Below are positions 27,934 to 37,339 of a DNA stretch of 64,000 bases, in pieces; the stretch's first letter is position 1; each line of letters opens with the position of its first letter. Source of the DNA: an uncultured Candidatus Binatia bacterium. Its GTDB lineage: Bacteria > Desulfobacterota > Binatia > UBA9968 > JAJDTQ01. The stretch lies in contig OZ244070.1 in the NCBI GenBank assembly GCA_965215605.1, positions 3,520,001 through 3,584,000 on the forward strand, written 5' to 3'. Position numbers and translations under genes: made by a program. The notes beneath the pieces are model-generated. The model searched no databases, was not told the origin of the DNA, and saw only the letters and a list, made by a program, of their open reading frames with translations.

Positions 27934-29115
27934 CTAATCGAAGTACCCGGTTTTCAGGGCCCAGAGCCACGCGTAGGCGATCTTCTCGTTGTATAACGCC
28001 CAGTGGCCCATGTGGGTGTACTTCGGCACCAGCCCCACGTGTATTTTCGCCCCGGCGGCCCCGTACTTGCCGGCCATGAACATCTCGCGCTTGTCACCGA
28101 GGCTTTGCCCGCCGATCCAGTGGCCGTGGTCGTTCTCGCCCACCATGAGCAGCACCTTGAGGTTGGCGAGCCATTCCGGGGCCGGGTCCTGCAGGTGGTC
28201 GAAGTACTCCTCCCGCGGCAGGCCGGTCACCCGGACGTATTCCTCGAGCCGTTCCGGGAAGACGTTGTGCTGGTTGTCCCGCAGCCCGATCTTGATCTGG
28301 GGGCGGGTGTTCTCCGTGAGCCGGAAAAAGTCCTCCATCCGACCCCAGGGAGTCAGCTCCGGCAGGTCCTCGTAGTGGGACTTCCGGTACGCCTCCACCG
28401 TACGCCGGGATATCTGCGTGAGCCCGTAGGGCTTGGGCGTCTCCATGCCCGTAGCCTCCCGCCACTCCCTGCGCCAGCCGTCGGGCCCGCCGCTGCCCCA
28501 GCCGACCACGCCGATGACCTCCGCTTCCTCGGTGAATCGGGTCAGGTGCGCCGCCATGGGACCCCCGGTCGAGTGGCCGAAGGTGATGAGGCGCCGCCCG
28601 TGAAGATGCCGGTCCGTCAGTTGTCCGGCCCCCTGGAGGATGACGTTGAACGTGCACTTGAGCAGCCGGTCCTGGAGCTCTTCCTCGCCGGTGTCCGTGT
28701 CCAGCAGATAAACGGGTAACCGATCGGCGATGGGCTTGTCCCATTCTCCGCCCCGGGGCCAGAGGCCCGGATAGCTCAGGGCCAGGACCGTGAAGCCCTG
28801 GGCCGCCAGCCTGCGGGCCAGTCCCGGGCGGCCGTCCGGGGTCACGTCCATGACCTTCTCGTTGGCACCCCCGCCGTGGAACACCACGAAGGCCGGCTGG
28901 TCGTCCCGCTCGCGCGCGGGGGTGTAGAGTGAGCCGTGTATGTCCCACTCGTAGCCGTTGCGCTGGTAGCGTTCGACCACCTCGGTGACGGAGTAGGCGC
29001 CGTCGTCATCGGGCGGCGGCATGGCGAGCCAGTCATTCCAACCGATGGGCACGAGGGTTTCATCACCCCCGAGGCTGCGGGTGAAGTCCTGGGTTCCGGC
29101 TGGCGGTTCGGGCAT
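27934..29115 (-). CDS. Alpha/beta hydrolase-fold protein of unknown function
   Basis: VVFHGGG, GHSTGG nucleophile elbow, VGEND and a C-terminal His. Confidence 0.65.
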   Translation of the reverse strand: MPEPPAGTQDFTRSLGGDETLVPIGWNDWLAMPPPDDDGAYSVTEVVERYQRNGYEWDIHGSLYTPARERDDQPAFVVFHGGGANEKVMDVTPDGRPGLARRLAAQGFTVLALSYPGLWPRGGEWDKPIADRLPVYLLDTDTGEEELQDRLLKCTFNVILQGAGQLTDRHLHGRRLITFGHSTGGPMAAHLTRFTEEAEVIGVVGWGSGGPDGWRREWREATGMETPKPYGLTQISRRTVEAYRKSHYEDLPELTPWGRMEDFFRLTENTRPQIKIGLRDNQHNVFPERLEEYVRVTGLPREEYFDHLQDPAPEWLANLKVLLMVGENDHGHWIGGQSLGDKREMFMAGKYGAAGAKIHVGLVPKYTHMGHWALYNEKIAYAWLWALKTGYFD

Positions 29116-29210
29116 GTTATTCTCCTGTGACGGCCTGCGGCCGCGGTCGGTCAGGCTGCGATATAGCGGTTACGGCAACGGAAGACAACGAAAGCAGAGG
29201 CGGATACATC

Positions 29211-30086
29211 ATGGAGCTGGGTCTTTCCCTTTTCTCGACGGAGCAGTCGGGTCCGGTAGGCGACATCGCCAGGGAGGCGGAGCGGCTGGGCTTCGAGTCC
29301 CTGTGGTTCCCGGAGCATATGCTCATTCCGGTGCACTACGAATCCCGTTACAAGCGCACGTCCGACGGGAGCGTCCCCGAGTCGTTCGCCCACCTGCCCG
29401 ATCCCTTCATCGGCGCGGCCATGGCCGCCCAGGCCACCGAGCGCCTGCGCGTCGCCACCGGAATCTGCATCCTGCCCCAACGTGACGTCATCGCCACGGC
29501 CAAGGCGGCCGCCACCCTGGACCTCCACTGCGGCGGACGTTTCATCATGGGCGTGGGCGCCGGCTGGTTCCCGGAGGAGGCGGAGATCCTGGGGGTTTCG
29601 TTCAAGCGCCGCTGGAAGATGCTGCGGGAGGGGGTCGAGGCCATCAAGGAGTTGTGGAGCCGGGACGAGGCTTCCTACGAGGGCGAGTTCGTCCGCTTCC
29701 CGCCGGTCAGGGTCTTCCCCAAGCCCGTGCAGAAACCTCATCCGCCGGTCTATCTCGGAGTCCACGACCCCAGATACGCGCCGGCGCGGGTCGCCCGCTA
29801 CGCCGACGGCTGGTGTCCGGGCGATCTGCCCGTGGACGACGCCGCGGACGCCGTGGCGAGTGTGCGCCGGGCCGCCCGTGAACACGGACGGGACCCTGGC
29901 GAGATCGAGTTCTCGGTGCTGCTGACGCCGAAGGACGGCTTTCCCACGGTGGACGACATGAGCCGGTATCGGGAGGCGGGCATGCGGCGCATCGTGTTGC
30001 GGTTGGATGCGGTGACCGGAAGCGGAGTCGCTGCCGCCGGGCGGCTCGAGCCTTTCCTGGAGCAGGCGAAGCGCTTGGACCCGTAG
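29211..30086 (+). CDS. LLM class (probably F420-dependent) oxidoreductase
   Basis: GFESLWFPEH, PDPF, AKAAATLD, GVGAGW and PKPVQKPHPP. Confidence 0.88.
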   Translation: MELGLSLFSTEQSGPVGDIAREAERLGFESLWFPEHMLIPVHYESRYKRTSDGSVPESFAHLPDPFIGAAMAAQATERLRVATGICILPQRDVIATAKAAATLDLHCGGRFIMGVGAGWFPEEAEILGVSFKRRWKMLREGVEAIKELWSRDEASYEGEFVRFPPVRVFPKPVQKPHPPVYLGVHDPRYAPARVARYADGWCPGDLPVDDAADAVASVRRAAREHGRDPGEIEFSVLLTPKDGFPTVDDMSRYREAGMRRIVLRLDAVTGSGVAAAGRLEPFLEQAKRLDP

Positions 30087-30133
30087 CCGGTGCCCTGCAA
30101 GCCCTAGCCTCCGGGCAGCGGCGGCACGGCGAG

Positions 30134-30943
30134 CTATCCCGACCAACCCCGGGTGATCAGAACGGCAAGCCCCACGGCCCAGCAATAGCCGGCAAACCAC
30201 GTGAGCCTCCGCGAGAGAAGCACCTTCAGGAGCACTTCGATGCTGAAGTAGCCCACGGCGAAGGCGGCCACGAAGGCGAGTCCGTAGCCCGGCGCGTTCA
30301 CCCCCGACGCGCCCTGGAGCCCGTGTGTCGCCAGTTGCAGCACGAAGGCGCCGAGTATGGCGGGCACCGACAGCACGAACGAGTAGCGCAGGGCCATGTC
30401 ACGCCGGAGACCGGCGAAGACTCCCGCGGCCACGGTGGCCCCGGAGCGGGAGATGCCGGGAATGATGGCCAGGCCCTGGACCACGCCGATGACCAGGGCG
30501 TGGCCGGCATGCATGTGCTCGATGCCCCGGGCGTGTTCCGGCGCGCGGTCGGTGGCGAAGAGCAGCGCGCCGGTGACGAGCAGCATGCTCGCGGCAGTGG
30601 GAACGCTGGCAAAAAGGCGCTCCAGCGGTTCGGCGAACAGGAGGCCGATGATGGCGGTGGGAAGGGTTCCGACGATGACCAGCCAGAGGAGCCGCAGGGC
30701 TGCCGGGTCCGCCCGTCGGGGCGCGGCGGCGGCCCGCGCCAGGGCCGTGAAATCCCGGCGGAAGTACACCAGCACGGCGCCCAGGGTTGCCAGGTGCACC
30801 GTGGCGTGGAACAGCACGCCGGGCTGGTTGAAGCCGGGAAGCCAGGACTGGAGCAGCACCAGGTGGCCGGAGCTGCTGACCGGCAGGAACTCGGTGAGCC
30901 CTTGCAGGATTCCGAGCGCGATGAGCGTCAGGGTGGGGGTCAC
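30134..30943 (-). CDS. uppP: Undecaprenyl-diphosphate phosphatase
   Basis: QGLTEFLPVSSSGH and PGISRSG. Probable GTG start at 30943 after GAGGA. Confidence 0.93.
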   Translation of the reverse strand: MTPTLTLIALGILQGLTEFLPVSSSGHLVLLQSWLPGFNQPGVLFHATVHLATLGAVLVYFRRDFTALARAAAAPRRADPAALRLLWLVIVGTLPTAIIGLLFAEPLERLFASVPTAASMLLVTGALLFATDRAPEHARGIEHMHAGHALVIGVVQGLAIIPGISRSGATVAAGVFAGLRRDMALRYSFVLSVPAILGAFVLQLATHGLQGASGVNAPGYGLAFVAAFAVGYFSIEVLLKVLLSRRLTWFAGYCWAVGLAVLITRGWSG

Positions 30944-31120
30944 GATTCCTCGTACGGCATGGTTTGACTCGAGCGGGACGGGGTAGGTTTCCACGAACCC
31001 CTGCCGGCAGGCAAGATCGGCTCGCGGGTCGATCCCTCGTGATTCGCCATTGGGCGACAGCTTCATCCGACGTTCAAACCACTTTAACACGCCTGCAACG
31101 ATCGAATGGCACCGCCCCAC

Positions 31121-31147
31121 CTGGATTCCCGCTTTCGCGGAAAGGAC
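31121..31147. repeat. REP-like palindrome of the GGATTCCCGC..CGCGGGAATGAC type
   Basis: CTGGATTCCCGCTTTCGCGGAAAGGAC, a degenerate copy of a widespread proteobacterial palindrome (reads SFPRKRES on the minus strand). Single copy here. Confidence 0.55.
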
Positions 31148-31218
31148 GTCAGGTTGACGTCCGCCGTCATGAGGCACCACAATGAGTGCCTTGCGGGCCG
31201 TTGCGGGAAAGGATCGAT

Positions 31219-32295
31219 ATGGCGTTCGACGGCATGCTCAGCCTCCAGTTCGTCACCCATCTGGCGAACCACTACTCGGTCAACCGGTTCGTGGAGTTGG
31301 CCGCGCTTGCCCGCGAACGCGGGTTCCAGCGGATCTGGCTCAACGACAACGCGCGCTACCGGAGCCAGGTGGTGGTGCTTTCGGCCATCGCCGCGCGCGT
31401 GCCCATCGGCGTCGGCACGGCCGTTCTGGTGCCCTACTTCCACCACCCCATCGAGGTGGTGGACTCCCTGGCCGCCCTGTCCGAGTTGAGCGAAGGGCGC
31501 GAGGTGGGCTTCGGACTGGCGCGCGGCTCCCTTACCCAGACGCCGCAGCACGTGGCCATGCACCGGCCCCTCGGGGTGGTGCGTGAGCTGGCGGTGTTCG
31601 CGTCCCGGGCGCTGGCCGGAGAGCGGGTGGCCTACCGGGACTTCCCGGTGCTGTGCGAGTACTTCCATTTCAATCCCGCGGGCAGGTTCGAGTTGGCCTT
31701 CACGCCGAAGTCCCCGGTGGTGATCTATTCGGGCGGCAACGGCCCCCGGTCGCTGCGCATGGGCGGCCAGGTCATGGACGGCCTCATCAGCTCGGGGACC
31801 TTCATTCCCATGCTGCGGGCGGGCCGGCTCAAGGGGATGCACCAGATTGCCGAGGCCGGCGCCCGGAGCGTCGATCCCGGGAAGACTCTCCGCAAGATGG
31901 TGGAGCTCAATGTCTCGGTTTCCCGCGACCGGGACGCGGCCTTCGAGTTTCCCAAACGCCAGGTGGCCCACTCGATCCCTCAATGGGAGTCCCTGGGGTT
32001 CACCCCCGAGGAGTACGCCCGACTCGGCGTGGAACGGCAGAGGGTGCTCGACCTGAAGGACGCCTTCGCCCAGGGCGCCACCATCGAGGAGGCCGCAGCC
32101 CTGGTGACCGAGCAAATGGTCCTGTCCTATTACGTGGCCGGCACCCCGGCCGAGGTGGCCGACCAGGTGGTGGAACTAGCCGGGCAGGCCCGGGAGCTTG
32201 GCTTCGACGAGATCGCCTTCGCCAAGCTCGGCCCCGACTACGAGGAAGCCATAGAGATGCTGGCGGAAAGCGTGATGCCGCGGCTCAGCGGGTAG
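31219..32295 (+). CDS. LLM class flavin/F420-dependent oxidoreductase (copy A)
   Basis: GFQRIWLND, GTAVLVPY, GLARG, GGNGPRSL and AGTPAEV. Confidence 0.85.
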   Translation: MAFDGMLSLQFVTHLANHYSVNRFVELAALARERGFQRIWLNDNARYRSQVVVLSAIAARVPIGVGTAVLVPYFHHPIEVVDSLAALSELSEGREVGFGLARGSLTQTPQHVAMHRPLGVVRELAVFASRALAGERVAYRDFPVLCEYFHFNPAGRFELAFTPKSPVVIYSGGNGPRSLRMGGQVMDGLISSGTFIPMLRAGRLKGMHQIAEAGARSVDPGKTLRKMVELNVSVSRDRDAAFEFPKRQVAHSIPQWESLGFTPEEYARLGVERQRVLDLKDAFAQGATIEEAAALVTEQMVLSYYVAGTPAEVADQVVELAGQARELGFDEIAFAKLGPDYEEAIEMLAESVMPRLSG

Positions 32296-32337
32296 GCCCG
32301 GCGAACAGCTACGGTACTTCAAGAAGGAGGAATCCCC

Positions 32338-33417
32338 ATGGCGGCATTCGACGGCAAGCTCAGTCTCCAGTTCGTCATCCACTTGGCGAATCAGTACACG
32401 GTGAATCAACTCGTGGAGTTGGCCGGGCTGGCGCACAGCCGTGGATTCGAGCGGATATGGGTCAACGACAACGCGCGTTACCGGAGCCAGGTGGTGGTGC
32501 TCGCCGCCATAGCGGCCCGCGTTCCCGTCGGCATCGGCACCGCGATCCTCGTGCCGTACCTTCACCATCCCATCGAGGTGGTGGATTCGTTGGCGGCGTT
32601 GTCCGAGTTGAGCGACGGGAGGGAGATCGGCTTCGGCCTCGCCCGCGGCGACCTGGCGCAGACGCCGCAGCACGTGGACGTACACCGGCCCATCTCGCTG
32701 GTACGGGAACTGGCCGTGTTCACGCGGCGCGCGCTCGCCGGCGAGCGTGTCCCCTATGGCGACTTCCCCGTGCTCAGCGAATACTACCATCTGAACCCGG
32801 CCGGCAGCTTCCAGTTGGCCTTCAAGCCGAGGTCGCCGGTGGTGATGTATTCCGGGGGGAACGGCCCCCAGTCCCTGCGCATGGGAGGCCAGGTGATGGA
32901 CGGACTCATCAGCTCCGGCACCTTCATCCCGATGCTCCGGGCGGGCCGCCTGAAGGAGATGCATGACATGATCGAGGCGGGCGCCCGCAGCGTGGACCCG
33001 CACAAGACCTTGCGCAAGATGGTGGAGCTCAACGTGTCCGTTTCGCAGGACCGTGACGCCGCCATCGAGTTCCCCAAGCCACAGGTGTCCCATTCGATCC
33101 TGCAATGGGAAGCGTTGAACTTCACTCCGGAGGAATACGACCGCCTCGGGGTGGAGCGGGAAAAGGTGCTCGAGCTCAAGCAGGCGTTCGCCCAAGGCGC
33201 CACCGTCGAGGAAGCGGCGGAGATGGTGACCGAAGAGATGGTGCTGAACTACTACGTCGCCGGGCGGCCGGAGGAGGTGGCGGATCAGATCGTCGAGCTC
33301 TCCCAACAGGCCCAGGTCCTGGGCTACGACGAGATCGCCTTCGCCAAGCTCGGCCCGGACTACGAAGAGGCCATCAACATGCTCGCGGACAGCGTGATGC
33401 CGAGGCTGAAGGGATAA
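32338..33417 (+). CDS. LLM class flavin/F420-dependent oxidoreductase (copy B, tandem paralog)
   Basis: Colinear and highly similar to 31219-32295. AGGAGG SD. Confidence 0.85.
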   Translation: MAAFDGKLSLQFVIHLANQYTVNQLVELAGLAHSRGFERIWVNDNARYRSQVVVLAAIAARVPVGIGTAILVPYLHHPIEVVDSLAALSELSDGREIGFGLARGDLAQTPQHVDVHRPISLVRELAVFTRRALAGERVPYGDFPVLSEYYHLNPAGSFQLAFKPRSPVVMYSGGNGPQSLRMGGQVMDGLISSGTFIPMLRAGRLKEMHDMIEAGARSVDPHKTLRKMVELNVSVSQDRDAAIEFPKPQVSHSILQWEALNFTPEEYDRLGVEREKVLELKQAFAQGATVEEAAEMVTEEMVLNYYVAGRPEEVADQIVELSQQAQVLGYDEIAFAKLGPDYEEAINMLADSVMPRLKG

Positions 33418-33421
33418 CGGC

Positions 33422-33973
33422 CTACAGGCTGCGCTTCTTCTGCCGCGCCTGCAGCGCTTCGAGGTTCTGTTGCGCCCCCTCGGCGAAGGGGTGGACGGCG
33501 AGGGTGGCCTCGAAGGCGCTAATGGCGGCCTCGTCGTTGCCCAATGCCGTCATGATGAGTCCCAGGCCGGAGAGCGCGCCGAAGTGGCGCGGCTCGAGCT
33601 CCAGGGTCTTGTCGATGTCGTTCACCGACGCCCGGTAGTCGCCCATGAGATAGTGGACCGTGGCCCGCTTGTTCCACGCTTCGGCGAATAGGGGGGCGAG
33701 GTCGATGATCTCGCTGAAGGTTTGCACCGACGCCGGGTAGTCCTGGGCGGACATCTCCGTCAGCCCCCGGCGCATCAGCTCGTTGACGCGGTCGTCGTCG
33801 GATTGATGCCATATGGCCCATATCAGGTTCGCCGCCACGGCTGCATCGCCGGCGTCGTCGGTGGTCTGTATCCGGGTGAAGAGCGCTTCCAGTCGCGGGT
33901 CCATCTGATCGGCCATGGGGGTTGCGGGTGCGATCAAGAGAAACGTGACGAGTATCGTTCCGGCAATCCGCAC
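33422..33973 (-). CDS. Tetratricopeptide repeat protein, probably exported
   Basis: AEAWNKRAT and LEPRHFGALSGLG TPR motifs. The start is uncertain (GTG 33973 gives a signal peptide). Confidence 0.8.
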   Translation of the reverse strand: MRIAGTILVTFLLIAPATPMADQMDPRLEALFTRIQTTDDAGDAAVAANLIWAIWHQSDDDRVNELMRRGLTEMSAQDYPASVQTFSEIIDLAPLFAEAWNKRATVHYLMGDYRASVNDIDKTLELEPRHFGALSGLGLIMTALGNDEAAISAFEATLAVHPFAEGAQQNLEALQARQKKRSL

Positions 33974-34135
33974 GGTGCCACAATACAGGGTCCGGTTTCG
34001 GCGCGTCAACACGCGGACGGCGGCACCTTCGGGTCGGTTGCCGGCGGGAATCAAGTTCGTTATGCAAGGGTCACGGGTGCGGCCGCGGACAACGGCCGCC
34101 CGCCCGGCAATTCACCCAAGGGAGTCATTCGAAAT

Positions 34136-35083
34136 ATGGGAACGACACTGATCACCGGAGTGGGCCTCGTCGGCACCTCGTTCGCGCAGCACGCTCTGAA
34201 GCGCAACGAGAAGCTGGTGTTCTACGACTTCATGCCGCGCGCGGAGTACCTGCACCGGAAGCTCGGGACCGCGGACGTGGATGTGGTGCAGAAGGATATC
34301 CGGGATCTGCCGGCGCTGACGGAGACCATGCAGCGCCACCAGCCGGAGACCGTCATCCACACCGCCGGCCTCATCGGCGGGCGGGTGGAGGAGTCGCTCT
34401 ACAGCGGGCTCCAGATCAACGTGATGGGAACCATCAACGTGCTGGAGGCCGCGCGGCTCACCGGGGTGAAGCGTTTCGTGCTGATCAGCACCTTCGGCGC
34501 CTATGACCGGCGTCGGGCCGGGAATGAACCCACCCACGAGGACATGCCCCGGGGCCCTGGAGCCGGTTACGGCAACTCCAAGGCCACCAAGGAACTGATG
34601 GCGGAAGCGTACCAGCGGCTCTACGGCTTCGAGCTGCTGACGCTGCGGCTGGCCAACGCCTACGGGCTTGGGCATTTCTGGGGCGGCTCCGGCGGCGGCG
34701 AGAAGGTGCAGATGCTGTTGGAGGCGGGTATCCGCGGAGAGGTGGCGAGGATTCCCCAAGCCCAGACCATGACCTTCGAGTACGTCTACGCCAAGGACAT
34801 GGGACGGGCCGTGGACCTGGCGGCCACGGTGCCGGTGCCCGAGAAGACCACGTTCAACATCGGCGTCGGCCAGGTGACGACCTTCGACGACCTCGTGGCC
34901 GCGGCGGAGCGGCAGTTCCCCAAGCTGGAGGTGGAGGTGATCCCCGGCAGCCCGCCCGCGGTGTCCGCCAGCTCGCCGCTGGATATATCCCGGGCGAAGC
35001 AATATCTGGGCTGGGAGCCGCAATACACCATGGATGCGGCGTTCGAGGACTACGTCCAGGATCTCCGGGCGGTCATGGAGTGA
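34136..35083 (+). CDS. NAD-dependent epimerase/dehydratase (extended SDR)
   Basis: LITGVGLVG, VIHTAG, GTINVLEAA and YGNSK. Confidence 0.88.
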   Translation: MGTTLITGVGLVGTSFAQHALKRNEKLVFYDFMPRAEYLHRKLGTADVDVVQKDIRDLPALTETMQRHQPETVIHTAGLIGGRVEESLYSGLQINVMGTINVLEAARLTGVKRFVLISTFGAYDRRRAGNEPTHEDMPRGPGAGYGNSKATKELMAEAYQRLYGFELLTLRLANAYGLGHFWGGSGGGEKVQMLLEAGIRGEVARIPQAQTMTFEYVYAKDMGRAVDLAATVPVPEKTTFNIGVGQVTTFDDLVAAAERQFPKLEVEVIPGSPPAVSASSPLDISRAKQYLGWEPQYTMDAAFEDYVQDLRAVME

Positions 35084-35739
35084 GCATGGAACTGCTTCAC
35101 TGCGTGTACGAGCCCGAGGGAGAGGGCCCTCATCCGACGATCCTGGCGCTGCACGGCCGGGGCGCCAACGCCACGGACCTGCTGGGCCTCGCGCCCCATC
35201 TGTGCGGCGGCGCGTTCCGGGTCATCTGTCCGCAGGCGCCGCTGGAGGTGGCGTTGGGTCCGGGCATGACCGGTTACGCTTGGTTCCCCATGTCGTCGGG
35301 CGGCGACATCGACACCGCCGCCTTCCTGTCCGCCCGCGACCGGCTCCGGATGTTCGTGGACCAATGCGCCGAGCGTTATCCCCTGGGAAGCCGCAAGCTC
35401 GTCCTGCTGGGCTTCAGCCAGGGCGGCGGGATGGCCTACAGCTTGGGACTGTCCGAGCCGGACCGTTTCGCGGGCATGTGCGTCCTGAGCTCGTGGCTGC
35501 GGGAGGGCACGCTGAGCGCCTTGGGCGTGGCCGACCGGGTGGACGCGCTGCCGACCCTGGTGCACCACGGCAAGCGGGACGAGTTGATCGAGCTGGCGCG
35601 GGCCACGCACTCCATCGAGTTGCTCAGGAAGCTGCAGGTCCCGGTGGACTACACCGAATACGACATGGGACACGAGATCACTTCCCGGAGCCTCGCCGAT
35701 CTGTCCGGCTGGCTCCAGGCGAAGGGGCTGGCAGTCTAG
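35080..35739 (+). CDS. Phospholipase/carboxylesterase (abhydrolase_2)
   Basis: LHGRGAN, GFSQGG, HGKRD and MGHEI. Confidence 0.9.
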   Translation: MSMELLHCVYEPEGEGPHPTILALHGRGANATDLLGLAPHLCGGAFRVICPQAPLEVALGPGMTGYAWFPMSSGGDIDTAAFLSARDRLRMFVDQCAERYPLGSRKLVLLGFSQGGGMAYSLGLSEPDRFAGMCVLSSWLREGTLSALGVADRVDALPTLVHHGKRDELIELARATHSIELLRKLQVPVDYTEYDMGHEITSRSLADLSGWLQAKGLAV

Positions 35740-35803
35740 CAGCCTGCGCCGAAGGGACGGATGAGAGCGGATTTGCAGCCGTGAATTCCTGCGGCGCAAG
35801 CTC

Positions 35804-36661
35804 CTAGGCCAGATAGATGACGATGATGCCGGCGATCACGAACAGCGTGGCGATGCCGGTACGAAGCGTCACCTGCTCGATGTCCCGTGAGAACAGCACG
35901 GTGCCCAGCAGCACCCACAGGGGCGCGACGCACACGATGGGGCCCACCACCACCACGTTGCCGATGCCCAGTGCCGCCACCAGCGCCCAGATACCCACCG
36001 CCTCGAACACTCCCGTGACCAGGAAATAGGGCATGGCCCGCCGGTCGAACACGATGTTTGTCCTGGCCCGGCGGCTGAAGAGGTTGAGCAGCAACGGGCT
36101 CATCGCGGCCGCGCCCATGACCGCGCTCAGGAACAGCGGCTCGTTGGCGATGGTCAGCCCGTAGCGCCGGATCGGGTGGTTCACGCCCGCCGTGAGCGCG
36201 GCGGCCAGCGGGAAGAGCAGCTCCCACGTCCGGTAGGTCTTCTGCTGCTGCGGGTTCCACGAAAGCAGGACGATGCCCAGCACCACCGCTCCGGTCCCGG
36301 AAAGCAGCAAGGGGGTGACGGTCTCGTTCAGGAAAAGCACGGCCAGCGCGGTGCCGAAGAGGGGATTGGTGGCCTGGACGGTGCTGGTGACGCTGGCTCC
36401 GAGGCGGGCCACGCCGTGATAGGCGAACAGTCGCGTGCCGAGCTGGATCCAGCCGCCGGCCACGAAGCAGAGCGTGGCCATCCAGGGGATGCTGGGGATG
36501 CCGCCGGTGAGGAAGACGATCGTCCACAGGATGGTAGTGTTCACGGCCAGCGCCACGTAGGCGGCGGTGGAGGGCGTCGAGTACACCAGGCCCCGCCGGG
36601 TGGCCAGGAAGCAGCCGGCGTAGAAAAACGAGGTCACCAGGGCGAGGAATTGGGGCGACAT
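35804..36661 (-). CDS. EamA/DMT family transporter
   Basis: About 10 TM segments in two EamA repeats. Confidence 0.85.
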   Translation of the reverse strand: MSPQFLALVTSFFYAGCFLATRRGLVYSTPSTAAYVALAVNTTILWTIVFLTGGIPSIPWMATLCFVAGGWIQLGTRLFAYHGVARLGASVTSTVQATNPLFGTALAVLFLNETVTPLLLSGTGAVVLGIVLLSWNPQQQKTYRTWELLFPLAAALTAGVNHPIRRYGLTIANEPLFLSAVMGAAAMSPLLLNLFSRRARTNIVFDRRAMPYFLVTGVFEAVGIWALVAALGIGNVVVVGPIVCVAPLWVLLGTVLFSRDIEQVTLRTGIATLFVIAGIIVIYLA

Positions 36662-36691
36662 GAAGGTGTGTGGCGGCGGGGCGCGTCAGCG

Positions 36692-37261
36692 TCAGGACGA
36701 CAGGCTTCGGGCCCATGCCGCCAGCGCGGTTACGACGTCCGCCACGGCTCCCTTGACGTCGTCGTGGCCCTGTTTGAGATTGCCTTCTTCGTCGAACCGC
36801 TGCCGCCCGTTGTTGACGTAGAGCTCGGGCTTGGGGAGCACGATGGTTTCCGTGAAGACGAAAGACTGCCGCAGCGCGAGCTGCGCCCGGACCGTGCCCC
36901 AGGGGCCGCCGGAGACTCCCACCACGGCCGCGGGTTTCTTCTTCAACGGCGAGTTCTGGGGCGGCCGCGAGGCCCAGTCCACGGCGTTCTTGAGCACCCA
37001 GGGGACCGAGTAGTTGTACTCCGGCGTGGCGATCAACAGCGCGTCCGCGGCCCGGATGGCTTCCTTGAACTCCGCCACCGGCTCCGGATCGCCCTGTTTC
37101 TCCACGTCCTCGTTGTACAGCGGGATGACGGCAAGATCGAAGCTGTGGACGTCGATCCCTTCCGGCGCCGCCTCCTGCGCGATGCGGATCAGACCGCGGT
37201 TGTAGGAATGGGCCCTGAGACTGCCCGCGAACGCAAGTATCTTGAACGACTGTGCTGCCAT
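36692..37261 (-). CDS. NADPH-dependent FMN reductase (ChrR/SsuE family)
   Basis: GSLRAHSYN and ATPEYNYSVPWVLKNAVDWASR. Confidence 0.92.
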   Translation of the reverse strand: MAAQSFKILAFAGSLRAHSYNRGLIRIAQEAAPEGIDVHSFDLAVIPLYNEDVEKQGDPEPVAEFKEAIRAADALLIATPEYNYSVPWVLKNAVDWASRPPQNSPLKKKPAAVVGVSGGPWGTVRAQLALRQSFVFTETIVLPKPELYVNNGRQRFDEEGNLKQGHDDVKGAVADVVTALAAWARSLSS

Positions 37262-37339
37262 GAACGGTGCTCCATTGGTGAGGCTCAGTTGAACGGCTGA
37301 GCCGGCTCCGTCGCCGGGCCCGCGTACGGGCCGGTTCGG

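Noticed and set aside
31060-31085. TTCAAA resembling a tRNA-Sec anticodon loop
   Set aside because: No cloverleaf, T-loop or acceptor stem around it. No sel genes were seen in the window.
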